From Chlorokybus atmophyticus (lineage: Eukaryota; Plantae; Mesostigma and Chlorokybus algae): DNA of 64,000 nucleotides. Where the stretch lies: NCBI GenBank assembly GCA_009103225.1, contig RHPI01002069.1:262702-326701 (forward strand), read 5' to 3'. This document shows, piece after piece, positions 38,962-51,340 of the stretch (its first letter is position 1; each line of letters starts with the position of its first letter). Under the pieces are notes generated by a model. The model saw only the letters and a program-made list of their open reading frames with translations, did not search any database and was not told where the DNA came from. Made by a program: the position numbers and the translations under genes.

Positions 38962-41511
38962 ATGGCATCCACAGCGGTCGCAGCAAAGACGCTCACAGTG
39001 GCTGGTCAGGCTGTCACCAGCCAGCAGTCAGCAGCAGTCAGCCGCTCAGCGCCCTCCCAGGCATCCCGCAGTGATGTGCGCCAGGCATTGTCTGCGCGTG
39101 CGATGGGCGCTTCGAAGTCACAATTCTCTGGAAGCTGGCTGCAGACCAAGAGCCGCCCTGCAAAGGCACAGTGGGCCGCCACCCACATTGTCTCCGCTGC
39201 TGTCGAGGCTTATCCCCAGGGTGAGGTCGACAAGGCGCTCGAGTACTTGGAGAGGATGAGAACATTCCCCAAGTAAGTTATATGAGTTTCACAGGCGACC
39301 ATTGCATGCATGTGTGGCACTGGAGTTACCCTTGTTGACATGCATATCAGTGGTGTTACGACGCGCATTGCCTGATTGTCTTTCCTGTGGTCTGCGCAGC
39401 AACTATTACTCGCCCATTACACTGAATCTTGGAAGGGTGTTCTCGAATACAAACAAGTCCATCCCTGCCAGCCTGGGCAGCAAGGACTTCAGTGTCGACT
39501 TCTCTACCCTCTCGGTAAGTTCTCGGTAAGAGATGTTTTTGCTGTCCTGTAAATTGAATGTTTTCACTTGCTTGCTTGAACATATATAGGCATGCAGCTT
39601 CTTAGTGTCACAGGGCGATACCATCATTAAGCAGTATGACAAAAAGTATCTTTCATGGGATCTTGCACTCATGATGCCATGTTCGTGACAGACGGAGAAG
39701 GCCCCACCACTGATCATTGAGGATGCGCTTCGCATTGAGGGCATCCGCATCTACAGGAAAACCCAGCGCGATGTGTCTTTGCCTCAGATCCGCCAGTCAT
39801 ATGGCAACCCCAACCTTGTTGAGCAGGTAAGTAGTCTGTTGCAATTCCCCACCAAGAGATTGAAAAATTGCTTGCTTACTAGCATTGCTTTGCTTACATC
39901 CTACACGTTATCAGTTGTGTCGCAAAGCTGATTGTGGCATGCACTTGCAGGAAAACAAGATCTGGTGGCTGACACATTGCCAGGCGCTCCGGGACGGTGA
40001 CAAGGCAAACAAGGTGCTTGTGATCGATGGCATTGAGGAGGAGTACAGCGGTTTGACGGTAGGTGCACATCACATTGCATTTAACCGAAAGTGTTTGTAA
40101 ACATTATCAGGCAGGGCACTAAGCTAGTGTGCAGAACATGGGCTTGCATTGCTTGACATTGGCTCTTATCGCCTTGCTGGCAGGTGCTCTTCAACGAATA
40201 CCGTGACGAGCTAATGTACTTCACCAAGGACTCTTTGTATGACACTGCTGAAGGCGGACAGATCTCCGCCACCCCAGATGCTGAGGGTCTGAAGGGCTAC
40301 TGGTAAGCCAACCGCATGTATGTATCCATCCTATCCACTGTCCATGACTGGTTGTGATGTATCATCCATGTCTCAAGTCCACCAGCTGGTCATGAAGGAA
40401 CTCTGTAGTGCCTGCAAGCAATGGTCTATTGTTCCCAAGGCACAGTGCAAGTGTTGCACTGCTAATGCATGCTTCTGTGCGATTAGGTTTGGGCGCCAGA
40501 AGGGAAACACTTACGAGTCCAGCTGGTGGGCTATGCTTGCCAACCCCCGTGTCAGGATGACATGGCCACGTGTTACCTTCAGCGGCGAGGATGTGTCCTT
40601 TGACTGGGTAAGTGCCTAGTTGTTGCAGAGAGTCGACTTATGAAGGTGTATGGTCTTACCATCCGCTTCAACAGGTTTGCTTCGACATCAACACCAATGA
40701 GATGACGGCGTATGGTGATGTGGTCTGGATCCGTACTGGTGACCGCGGCGCGTGCTACAAGAAGTACGAGCACCTGTACTTCCTTCGTGACGTGTACAAG
40801 ACCTTCTTCGACAACTACTTCAAGGATGGAGCCTCAAGTGGCAGCAGCAAGGGAGCCTTCGTTCCGGACAACAAGGGCATTGTAAAAGCTGTCGGCGAGC
40901 GCAAGGGCAAAATTGCCTGCCTCATTGAAGAGCACTTCGACCCCTTTGAGTTCCGCTCTTACAACGAGTACTACCCCAAGAACGGCTATGACATGGAGTA
41001 CCTGACATACCTGTGGGGTGCCGACAGCGTGCGCTACACGTCCAACCCAACAGACGGTAAGATTGAGGAGGACGTGACGGTGACCAAGTGCGTGACCAAG
41101 GTGAAGCCCAAGGACTACGCTGGCATCCTGGTCATCGGCGCGTACGCCATGGACCGCCTGCGCTACCAGAGCAAGGTGTGGAAGGGCAAGAAGAACGATG
41201 CGCCCGGTGTGGAGTTTGTCCGCCAGACCATGCGCGACAATGTGCCCATTGGCAACATCTGCCACTCTATCTGGATCTTCTGCGCCGCGCCTGAGCTGCT
41301 CAAGGGCAAGAAGGTCACTTGCGCGCACAACCTCGTGTGTGATGTTGAGGGTGCTGGCGCGGAGATTGTTTACGAGGGTGAGGGCACGGCCGAGCTCGTC
41401 ATTGACGGCAATCTCATCTGCGGTAAGCATCCCGGCATGGTCGAGGACTTCAACGTCGCCTTCATTGGTGAGGTGGAGAAGGCGCATGTGCGCACCCCTG
41501 TCACTGTCTAA
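38962..41511 (+). CDS. Predicted plastid-targeted fusion: uncharacterised NTF2/SnoaL-like domain + DJ-1/PfpI (class I GATase-like) domain, 581 aa, 7 exons
   Basis: GT-AG exons 38962-39272, 39400-39514, 39692-39826, 39951-40058, 40184-40302, 40487-40607 and 40675-41511 join in frame (1746 nt). The Ala/Ser-rich transit peptide lacks acidic residues apart from one Asp. The C-terminal domain carries KIACLIEEHFDPFEF...DYAGILVIGAYAMDRLR...IGNICHSIW...LLKGKKVTC...VIDGNLICGKHP, which is the DJ-1/PfpI pattern. Confidence 0.85.
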
Positions 41512-42569
41512 GTTCCTGCCGCGCGTATGGTATGGTATGACCCTCAATCCCCGTAATATATCCACGGTGCTGCGAGCTGTGAGCGCAGTTTGGGCAGGCA
41601 GGGCTGGTCTCTGCTGATATATGTCATTAGGTGCCTGACTTTGCACTGTTAGCTTTTTGGAGGCATTTGTGTAAGTAGTGGATGTGTACAGTTGACGCTG
41701 TGGGCAGCCTCTACATATTGATTAAACACTCTGCTGTGATGGACCTGAATACCACATCAATGGTCCCACTTCTTTCCATGCATGACTATGATTGGGCTCG
41801 TAATGCCGCGCGAAGCTTGGTTGCTGGTTTGCAGTGTAGCAAATGTGAACAGCAAAAGTCGCTGCGTGGCATCCTTCCTAAACAAGCTGTGCAATTGTCA
41901 ATGTCCTAAGGTCGTGAATTGACAAGTGCGGTTGCAATTGCAACCAACAACGCTCTACAGTTATGCGGAGTGCTGGCACCCACAGAAGAATTGTTGGATG
42001 CCTTTCTTTCAGCAACACGGTCACACAAGCATACGCACGCCGCATTGTATGTACAGTATATACTAGCGTCCTTGCCTATCACAGCACAAACATAATGCTA
42101 GCAATACCAGCCGTTCGTGCTCTCCGACGACATCGCCAGCACCGCATCCTCCTCCGCCAATGGAGCCGTCGCGTGCACTCCCGTCCAGCCCGGCTCGGCC
42201 GCCACGACAGCAGCTCCCCACTCCAGCAATGCGAGGCTCTGTACGCGTTGCAGTGCGCACAAGATGCGCTGCCTGTACAGGGCCAGGAAACCCGCCCGCC
42301 GGTTGTGCAACAAGAGCCAAGGCAAATCAGCAGCCTTACAAGGGACTGTACGTGTCGGCACTCAGCATGCGTGCTCAAGCATGCAGCGCTAAGTTGATCA
42401 GCACCTCAAGTGTGATGCACTGAGTCTTAAGCACAACGAGTGAAGGATAACAACACTTGACTAGCCAGTGAAACTTCGAACATGTCTACCAGCAATCTAC
42501 CAACAAGCCACTTTGCATCTAGAAGCAGTAACTACCTACACTTGACAGGTGACACCACCCAGCTTAGCC

Positions 42570-43596
42570 CTACTGATTGCCTGCAGGTGGCGTGCCAGCA
42601 GCCCTGTCGTCGTTGTTCTTGTAGTCGTCCCAGCCTCGGACCCACTCGCGTCCAGGCGGAGCGCGCGCAGAAGTGGTGGCGTGGGCGCGTAGGTGTGAGC
42701 CGACATGGTCCCGCAGCGCTGCAAAGGCCTCATTGTTCACAAGACGGGGGTCGGGCTCCGCCTGCCCCGTGAGCATACGCCACAGGTCAGGGTTCTCCTC
42801 GCCAAGCAGCTCCTCGTAAGCGTCCAGCGCAGATGCAGACATCCCGGAAGCATGGTCAGCAGCCCAACGACCCATCACCAGGTCCAGCTCAAGCAAACCA
42901 CGCTGCCTGTGGTTTTGTATGTCAGCGACAATCGGTGACTGATGTGTGCTACGTGACCATATACAATTGTAACCTTGCATGTATGCGTATACGTGTGTTT
43001 GTGCGTGGATGTGCACGAGCGTGCTTGTATGTACATGTGTGCGCTCACGCTTAAGTGTGTGTGCGCGTGTGTGTGGCAGGATGTTATGCTTTTCTGCCTT
43101 TTCGCAACATGCATAATGAGTTCAGTGAGCAGCGACTGAATACCTCTGTGGAAATGGCACCTGCACCTAAATGCTGTGATGGAAGCTTGAATTACGAGTG
43201 TAGACACACGCAACCAGGATGATACTGGTGATGCTCACCGGCTGCGGTAAAGCAGGCGAGATATCCTCCGCTCGCGGGCCGACTTCTCCTCGCTGCAGCT
43301 GGCTTCAGCGGCAAAGCTGCACATGCAACACGCAGATGCACTTCTTCATCACCTCATCAACTTGATCATTGCATTCGACAAGTCATCTAGTCAGTAGCAT
43401 ATGTCTCTGCTAGACTAGCATAGCGCCATGGGCATGAATCTCATTCTTACCCACCCCTTCCCCTTTCATACCTTCGGCGGCCGGACGTCGACGCCGCGGA
43501 AAGCACTGACGCTGATGGTAGCGGCAATGAGTTAAGAGATGACAACGAGCACCGCAGCGCCCTGGCGCATGCCCTCCCCCCCACCGCCGCCGCCAT
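42570..43596 (-). CDS. SDHAF2: Succinate dehydrogenase assembly factor 2 (Sdh5/SdhE flavinylation factor)
   Basis: Three exons give a mitochondrial-type presequence MAAAVGGRACARALRCSL..., then RLLYRSRQRGLLELDLVMGRW...YEELLGEENPDLWRMLTGQ. Confidence 0.9.
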
Positions 43597-43834
43597 GTTG
43601 GCCACCGCTTCGCCACGTCAATACAAGCTGCAACAAGCTGCGTGTCATCAGCGTCACAGATGAGAAATCACGCTTCAAGTGAACATCAAGCAGCTGGTGG
43701 ATATACAGCAGGGCTCTGGTATCCGGCTGGTTACTCTGCAAAGCGGATGTCAACAATTCGGCGGCGGCGGCGGCGGCGGTGCTGAGGGGTAGGAGCAGAG
43801 AAGTTGGGCTTGGGTGCGTGCGTGCGTGCGTGAC

Positions 43835-45053
43835 ATGCGGCCTCTGGAGGAGGCAGAGGCGAAGGCGGTATTCGAGAAGCTGCACAAGTACCTGGGCAAC
43901 AATGTGCGGCGGCTGGTTGAGCGCAAGGACGAGCCGCACTGCCTGAGGCTGCACAAGCAGCGGGTGTACTATGTCAAAGAGGTATAATTTCATCTGTGGG
44001 AGTAAAATTCAATTTGTCGTATTGATCCACAGGGAGAGAGCGGATGACTGCGTGCAGCTGCCTTGTATGTTTCTGTAAGCATTGTTTACGACCTGCCATG
44101 TTCCTAACAAAATGACATGCAACAACACAATTAGTGTAGCGTGATCGGTGTTGTGATTGGTGGCTGTCGTGATTGATGCCGTTTTTACATGTTTTCATGG
44201 CATAGTGCTTCGATTCCTGCCATAGCAAGCATTGGTAGACAGTTGCACCCACACGCGCACACAACAGATATATGCTATGTTTGTTTTCTTCATCATTCAA
44301 TCTATGCGCGTGCTCTTCACCACGATTGAGGGTGTGCAGTCGTTGATGCGGAGGGCGACAAACGTTGCGCGCGACCATCTCGTTGCACTTGGGACTTGCA
44401 TCGGCAAGTTTACGAAAAGCGGGAAGTTCCGCCTTACCGTCACCGCGCTCAATGTCCTTGCCCAACACGCCACCCACAAGGTTGTTGTCGTCGCTGTTGT
44501 CGTTGTTGTTGTTGTTGTTGTTGTTGTTAGCAGTAACTTGAGACACACATGGATACGTGGCTCTGATGTCATGTGATCATGCTCTTGCGCACAGGTTTGG
44601 GTGAAGCCCTCGGCCGAGATGTCCTTTCTTTACGGCAACCACGTGCTCAAGTCCGGCTTGGGCCGCATCACTGAGAACACTCCCGCCTATCAGGTGAGAG
44701 GCGTGCAGCGTGCAGCAGCAATCATCACTTTCATGAGCACCAGCAACAAAGCAGTGGTTTGTGAGGGCTGTTCATGACACCCCTCCAAACGCATTGGCTT
44801 GTGCGCACAGGGTGTTGTGGTGTACTCGATGTCCGACATTCCCCTCGGTTTTGGCATTGCTGCAAAATCCACTCAGGATTGCAGGAAGCTTGACCCCAAC
44901 GGCATCGTCGCGCTGCATCAAGCCGACGTCGGTCAGTTATAGTGCTGTTGGTTTGCAGTTGAATGCGATTGCCTGTTGCTGTGCAGACTCTCAACTTTGT
45001 GTGTTGACATGTTTGTTACAGGGGAATACTTGAGGATGGAGGACGACTTGTAG
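43835..45053 (+). CDS. NIP7: 60S ribosome biogenesis protein NIP7
   Basis: [21 protein letters not shown]...[10 protein letters not shown]...[24 protein letters not shown]...[30 protein letters not shown]...[15 protein letters not shown]...[15 protein letters not shown]. Confidence 0.95.
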
Positions 45054-46602
45054 TCGCTCAGTTTGTAGTCTAATAGCTGCTAGTAGTATGTTTCTTTCTT
45101 GCAGTATTGTTATGTGGGTTGTAGCTGTAGGCCTAGACATTGTTGGCCTGTGCTGGCGCTTCACTTGTGTGGACACACCGTCAAACGTGAACGGCTGTTA
45201 TACAGGGCTTGAAGGTGTTATTGTGCAGGTGCAAATTGTGTTTCTGGTATATGATGTATGACGACACAATATGAGCAGTGTGTAGTACAAATCTAGCACG
45301 GTTGTAATACCTCATGAGTCCCTCATGCATGATACAAACTGTTTGGCACTGTATGGTCCCTCTGGGTTGTGTGGGTGCGTGCTTGTGTGGGTACGTGTGT
45401 GCACGCACTGGCGTGCGCCAGCCCTTTCCATAAGGCATCTGTTGCTACACGTACACTTTTGAAGGTTGTTGCGATCTCTGCACCACACCATACCAATGGC
45501 AACTACAACAATGAACGGGCTGCACTGCACATCATGACCGACCGCACTGCACAGCACAACAAACCGCAATGCATGCACATGTGACAAGCTGGAAACCTAG
45601 GCAGCTCCCGCACAGAACCATGCATCAACGCTCTACAAGAGGCAGGCAGTCCAGCGTCACCTGCTGCGTGCCCTGCTGTCGTCGTCAGTCCGTCAATGCC
45701 ACCCTGCCGTCGCTGCTTGCACTCAGTTGCATTAGGCTTCTACCCAGCCCTCTGGTGTATAGATATATACTTGGCTGCTTGCTGGCTGGCTTGGTTTGGT
45801 TTGAGTGTAACAATGCATCCGCATGATGGCGTATGTGTGGCAGCTAATTAGATAGATACGTATTCATGTGAAACGAGGTGTGAAGTAGTAGTATATCAGA
45901 AGTCAAACAGTGTGTGCTCGCGAGGTGCACACATTGCAAGCGCGCACAGCACCAGCACACGTGCAAAGTCATGCTCGTAGTTGCCTCTGATGCAGCAAGG
46001 ACCCGTAGCTCCGTGCGCCATGCAAGTCGATCATGTCTATACAAGGGCGGCCCTATCAGAGGCAATCTGAGAGTGTTGAACGGTACATCCATCAAACGGT
46101 GCTCATGCTGGCCAGCGCCGCAGCCAATAAGGCCATAAGCTCCTTGCTGTCACAATGTCTCGAACCACTTGTGCGCTTTGTGCAACCACCAATAGCATCC
46201 CTTCTGCCGCATCTGCTGAGAGTCCTCACAGCTTGCCTCGCACTGCCACAGACCCAATCCCTTTAGCGCTTGTCTCCGGGCACCGACCTCCGCAATCATG
46301 GGTTCTGATGTGGCCTGAGTGGTGTTGCAACTGCTACTGTAAAGCTGTGCTGATGCTTCCCCTCAGTTGCTGTTGGCATGCGTCCAGGTCATGCCCAATT
46401 AAGCATTGACATGCGCCTACATGGGGTGGAGGCAGCAGGCATTGTCACTTTGGCAATGGTGATGGCCAGGCCACAATCGCGCAGTTACTCGGCATTGTGC
46501 TCTTGCAACGCGTCGCGACACGAGATTATTTTTTCCAGGGTTTGTTTGCAGCCACCGTCATGCCTCGCATGCAGTGCATTCATTGCTTGGGGCGGCACTG
46601 CA

Positions 46603-47395
46603 TCAGCCGGGTGCTGAAATCGGCGCAGCAGTGCAGTTGGTCAACTGTTCTCTCAGCGACGCAATGTGCTGTATCAACCGCTGGTTTCTAAGCATTGCTT
46701 CCTGCACCTCCTGCAAACAGTGGAAATCGAGTCTAAACTAGATCTTCTGAACAGGAGAGGCAGGAAAGGCAACTGATCAAGCGAACAACTTACTTCCCAC
46801 TTAGCAGACTCGCAATGCTGGTTGCTCAACATGTCGGCCACCTTCGCCTGCTGCGGACTTGCTTGCTCAACTGCGTACCCAGATATTGCAAGAGGTTGCA
46901 GTTGGTTTGCAGGATGTACTATTTCAAGTTGTTCAGATAGCATGTGACTGGTACAGCTGGCACAACATGCAGCTTTCACACAGCCAGCATTTAGTTGTGA
47001 CAATAACGCTTTCGAGTTCCTCGCAGACATTCACGCCAACGTCCGTCTCTGTGTGGGTTGCGGACCACCTTCCTTGGCTAAGACAAGCTAGGCTAATAAA
47101 TCGCCCTCTAGCTGTGAACTGGCTGTCAAACCCAAGAAGTTCACACTGTGAATTGCTTGAGTTCAACAGCCAATTCACAAGAAAACAGTGACGGACTTGG
47201 TTCCTTCTTCACTGCGTAATGATACCCATGTGCATGCATGATGACACAGCACCACGACCACCATGATAGACACCGAGGTAAAGGAAACCCACTTGCTGTG
47301 GCGGCGGGCTGCAGCTGGCGGACTGTGCGCACTTCCGACTGCGACGTGAGGAACAGCACCAGCAGCACAAGCGCCAGCGCCATCCCCCGAGACAT
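46603..47395 (-). CDS. Small N-terminal-anchored coiled-coil protein of unknown function (paralogue A); internal exons uncertain
   Basis: Exon 1 gives MSRGMALALVLLVLFLTSQSEVR (ATG 47395). The last exon, after a CAG acceptor, gives EVQEAMLRNQRLIQHIASLREQLTNCTAAPISAPG*. Confidence 0.6.
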
Positions 47396-48316
47396 GAGCT
47401 CCCTTCTCCCCCAACAGCCAATACAACCCCCTGACTTTCGGCAGTTCGCTGTATACAACTACCCCTTGCTGGACGCCAGTTTATGCTACTCTCTCTCTCT
47501 CTCCCCTCCCCGAACCTTCCTCCCGCACACCGACAACCCTGCCAGCGCCGCTACCAGCGCCGACAACGGCGAGGACGTCGCTAGCAACGACAACGCCAAG
47601 AGTGTCCTCGGGAAAAACCATCGAGGCTTAAGCCTGCCTAACTCGATTTGAGAGGGAGCGCGCAAGCGTTTGTTACTTCCTGAATTTGTGGCGGGTTTAT
47701 TGGGATATACATGATAATTGCTAGCGCTTCTGTTTCATAGAACGTTTTCCTGCGTAATTGCAGGGGCTGGATAAACGCGTGGCGGCAGCGGCGGCGGTGG
47801 CGACGGCGGCGGCGGGGTCAAGCTTTCTGTGCATGGTTGGTTTGTTGCTGTCTCTCAGTGATTGATCCACACATACGCTGTTCTGGCAGTGGCAGGAGGC
47901 CTTTAAGAAAGGTGGGCGGCAGGCAAGGTTGTTACGCAGCAAAGCGGGGTTGCCTGGCTGCCTCTCTGTAGTCGAAGGGGTTGTGGTTTGGGCGTTTGAC
48001 AGCGTTACCTTATGCCGGTGAGCCTGTAACAGGCAACGGTACAAAGCAGTGCGCATTGCGCCAGCAGCGGCGTGTGGTGATGTTGACAGCTCCCAAGCAC
48101 CCGTGCTGGTGCTAGGAGTTCTGCGTTGCTGAACAGCTGCGCTTGACTTAACTAGCTGCATTGCTTTTGGTTCTTTGTAGCAAACGACATCAGACTAGCT
48201 TGGACTTCAAACGGCCTGATTTTTTTTAGCTCGACAGTAACACACAGCTGGCTTTCAGCTCAGCTTGTGTCTTGGTGATTGTGACGCCTGTGAGGCCTCA
48301 TCATTAATCAGCAGCC

Positions 48317-49340
48317 ATGTCGAGGGCGCTGCAGCTGGGCGTCGTGCTGGTGCTGCTCTTCATGACGATGCAAAGTGAGCTGCGGCCGCCCGTGCACAGG
48401 GAGGCGGTTTACCAACAGCAGGACCAGCTTGGTGACCAGCAGCAGCAGCAGCAGCAGCAGCTGGTGTCTCGCCTTACACCGCCCTCCGCCGTTCTGCCGC
48501 ATTCCAAGTTCGCAGTGGCCGTGGCTGCAAGGGCGCAGAAGCTCGACAGACTGGAGGTGAACACGGGCAAATGCTCTCCATTCTACGCATGCGCGTGCGT
48601 GTGATGTCATTCACAATCTCTCTGCTGCTTGCACATGCGTGCTCCCGCTCAGCGGCTGCGAGTATCACTGCATCGTCATTCTTCACGCGGTAGTAAGAGA
48701 AATACGCAAAGAACAAGACCTTAGATGCAGATGGCGCCTTGGCTGTTGCTTCAAAGCTCGGGTGCTGGCCTGATAACAGTCCATACGTTATAGTACTCTG
48801 CTGTTTTCGCATGTTATTCCACTCGGTCCACAGACAGGATATCAAACCCACCGCTATGCACTATGCCGCAATGCTGAACAGTCTTGCTATGCATCTTGCC
48901 TCAGTATTATGGGGAGGGTTTGCGTTTTGGCCAGGAATGGCATCATGCTCTGTGTTCACACAGGCATAAGTGTCTGCATTGCAAACTTGGCGTGGAGTTT
49001 TCTTTGATACTGATGATGTTGGCAGGCACGTGCAAAGCACTGCGAAGGTGTGAAGCAGGAGTTGCTGACGGGTCTAGTGGAGGAGACAGTTCAGCTGGAA
49101 GCTGAGGTGCGCGCGCTTGAGCGGCAGCTGGCGTCATGTGGAATTTTAGTATTGAGCTACCTCCCGCCACCGCAAGCCATGCAGCCGATGAACACTTCTG
49201 TCAATCTAACAACAACAACCATGACAGCGATGCCAACAACAACGACAACACCAACGGACGCACAGCAAGCGGCCAAGCAGCAAGGCCGTGTTCAGGAGCT
49301 CTTTGTGGATGGTGTCCAAAGCCAGGAGTTCGATGACTGA
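48317..49340 (+). CDS. Small N-terminal-anchored coiled-coil protein of unknown function (paralogue B)
   Basis: Exon 1 gives MSRALQLGVVLVLLFMTMQSELR...polyQ...AQKLDRLE. A later exon gives QELLTGLVEETVQLEAEVRALERQLASC... with a Thr-rich tail. Confidence 0.65.
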
Positions 49341-51340
49341 GCAATTGCACGACCGGCGGATGCATGGCAAACGGTCTAACTCCCGGGTTGAGTTCTCATT
49401 ACGTTCAGAATCAGTTACGGGTGAGACTTGCGGCTGTATCGTGATGGGTGGTCGGGCCAATCATATGACATCATGTGGCGTGATCTAGCATATTGCTTAG
49501 CATAAAGATTGCAACGGTTGTGAACCCACGTTGTTGTAGTATTGACATGTCTTGCTTGTGGTGTCCTGCGCAGGCTCAAGATGGCAATGACGCCGTGTGC
49601 GCCTTCACTTGCTGAAGTCCTGCAGTCATGCTGAAGACAAGTTGTGTGGGGCTGACCGCAGTACACTGCGTGGAGGATGCAATCAACAGCTATGCTGCTG
49701 TTAGCACTGCAATGTCCAGGCTTTGCTCCCTCAGTCCGCCCCACCTCATTGCCCCTCGCCAAACCTCATCGTCGTCAACAAGGTCATGCTTGGCGCGATG
49801 CTTGCACATTGGGTCCACCAGCAGTGCTTGCAAACAACCAGTGGGGTACCAATTTTCACTGTGTGCCAAGGTGTATCGGCGTTATCAAATCTGGCATTGT
49901 GCGGCCGCGCATAACTGCCCAGGTAAACCCAGCAGGACAAGTAGTAGTCCACAGCATAACAACGAATAGTTGTGTAGAAGACCTTGGCGATGATGTGGTT
50001 CTTGTCATTCACCAGCATTGGAGTGGGCGCATGTTTAACCGGACACAGTTGGCAGGCAGTTTATGTGACTGGTCGCGTTGTGACTGTGAGGACCATGTGA
50101 CTTTAAACTTTGTTGGGCAAGAGTACAATCTGTTCGGCGGCACACCATGCATACTGGCACAGCAGCATACCCCTTTTGTACAGTACCTTGCAGTACTGCC
50201 TGCAAACAAGTAGCATCTCAATCATGCAGTGATTGGTTGACTTTGTTGTCTAGCAGTATCCAGTGTCAAAACTGGATACGTTCTCCATGTGCCTAGCCAC
50301 AATGCCTCGTGCGTAGACGGCACCATAATGGCAGGTGGATGTTCCCTCTATCTCCTTGTTGAATCAAAAACTCTAACACCACAGGTGTCTAATAGACAGC
50401 ATCATGACATAACGCAATGCAAAGGTTTTCGCCAGCAATGTCCACACCATATGTTGTTGCAGATAGCAAGTCTGATGGTGCTTCATATAGTAGATTTGCG
50501 GGCCTCTCGCAATGAGTACTCCTATCACTGTACTACAGACACATCTGTGCACACAATGTGTGGTTTGTTCCGTTGTCGCATTGGCTTGATATTTCCCAAC
50601 ACTTAGTGGAGTCTTTCAACAACTGCACATGGAACTAAGCACTATGGCCGCAAGTTCACAATGCACTAACAAGTGTACAAAATATAGGATGCAAGGATTG
50701 TGGCATGCATGAGAGTGTCACAGTCACGCAAACAATCAGCACACTACACCATGACTCGTAAAGTGCAAGTGCTACATTGCACATTTCATACAAGAAGTGG
50801 TTGTGAGACACAGCAGGGTACAAAGCAAACACGGCACATCTACATCATAGCGCTAGCTGCTGGCTGCGCATACACCACACATCCAGCTTGTTGAGCGAAG
50901 GATTATTAATTGCCCCCAAGCGCCGGGGATCAATGAGTCCACAGACTACATCTCAACCTCGACATGATGTGCCTTCAAGTAAGGTTTATGACCATTTGCA
51001 TCTTATTCCACTTCACTGCCTCATTCAAGCACCGTAGTCAAATCAGCCGGCCTTCCAACATGCAACGCACATAATTCATGTGGAACACCTTGCAACCATC
51101 ACACAAAGCACACATGCAACTCTCATACACAGTTGGTGCTGATATAGGCATGCATTAGTACACAAAATTAGCCGCATTTCCATGCATTCAACTTGTACTT
51201 CAGTTCAGCTCCATGCAAAAAAAACCTTAACGGCCAACGACCGGCGTCAGCCGTTCGATAAGTACATGCAAGAAAGGCTCATAGCGCCAGCTGTTGCGTA
51301 AGGCAAGTGCATTAGCAGTACAAGTTTTGTTTGCCAAACG

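Noticed and set aside
39356-39750. Protein-looking minus-strand ORFs nested in the fusion gene
   Set aside because: They are the antisense of real plus-strand exons 2-3, which splice in frame.
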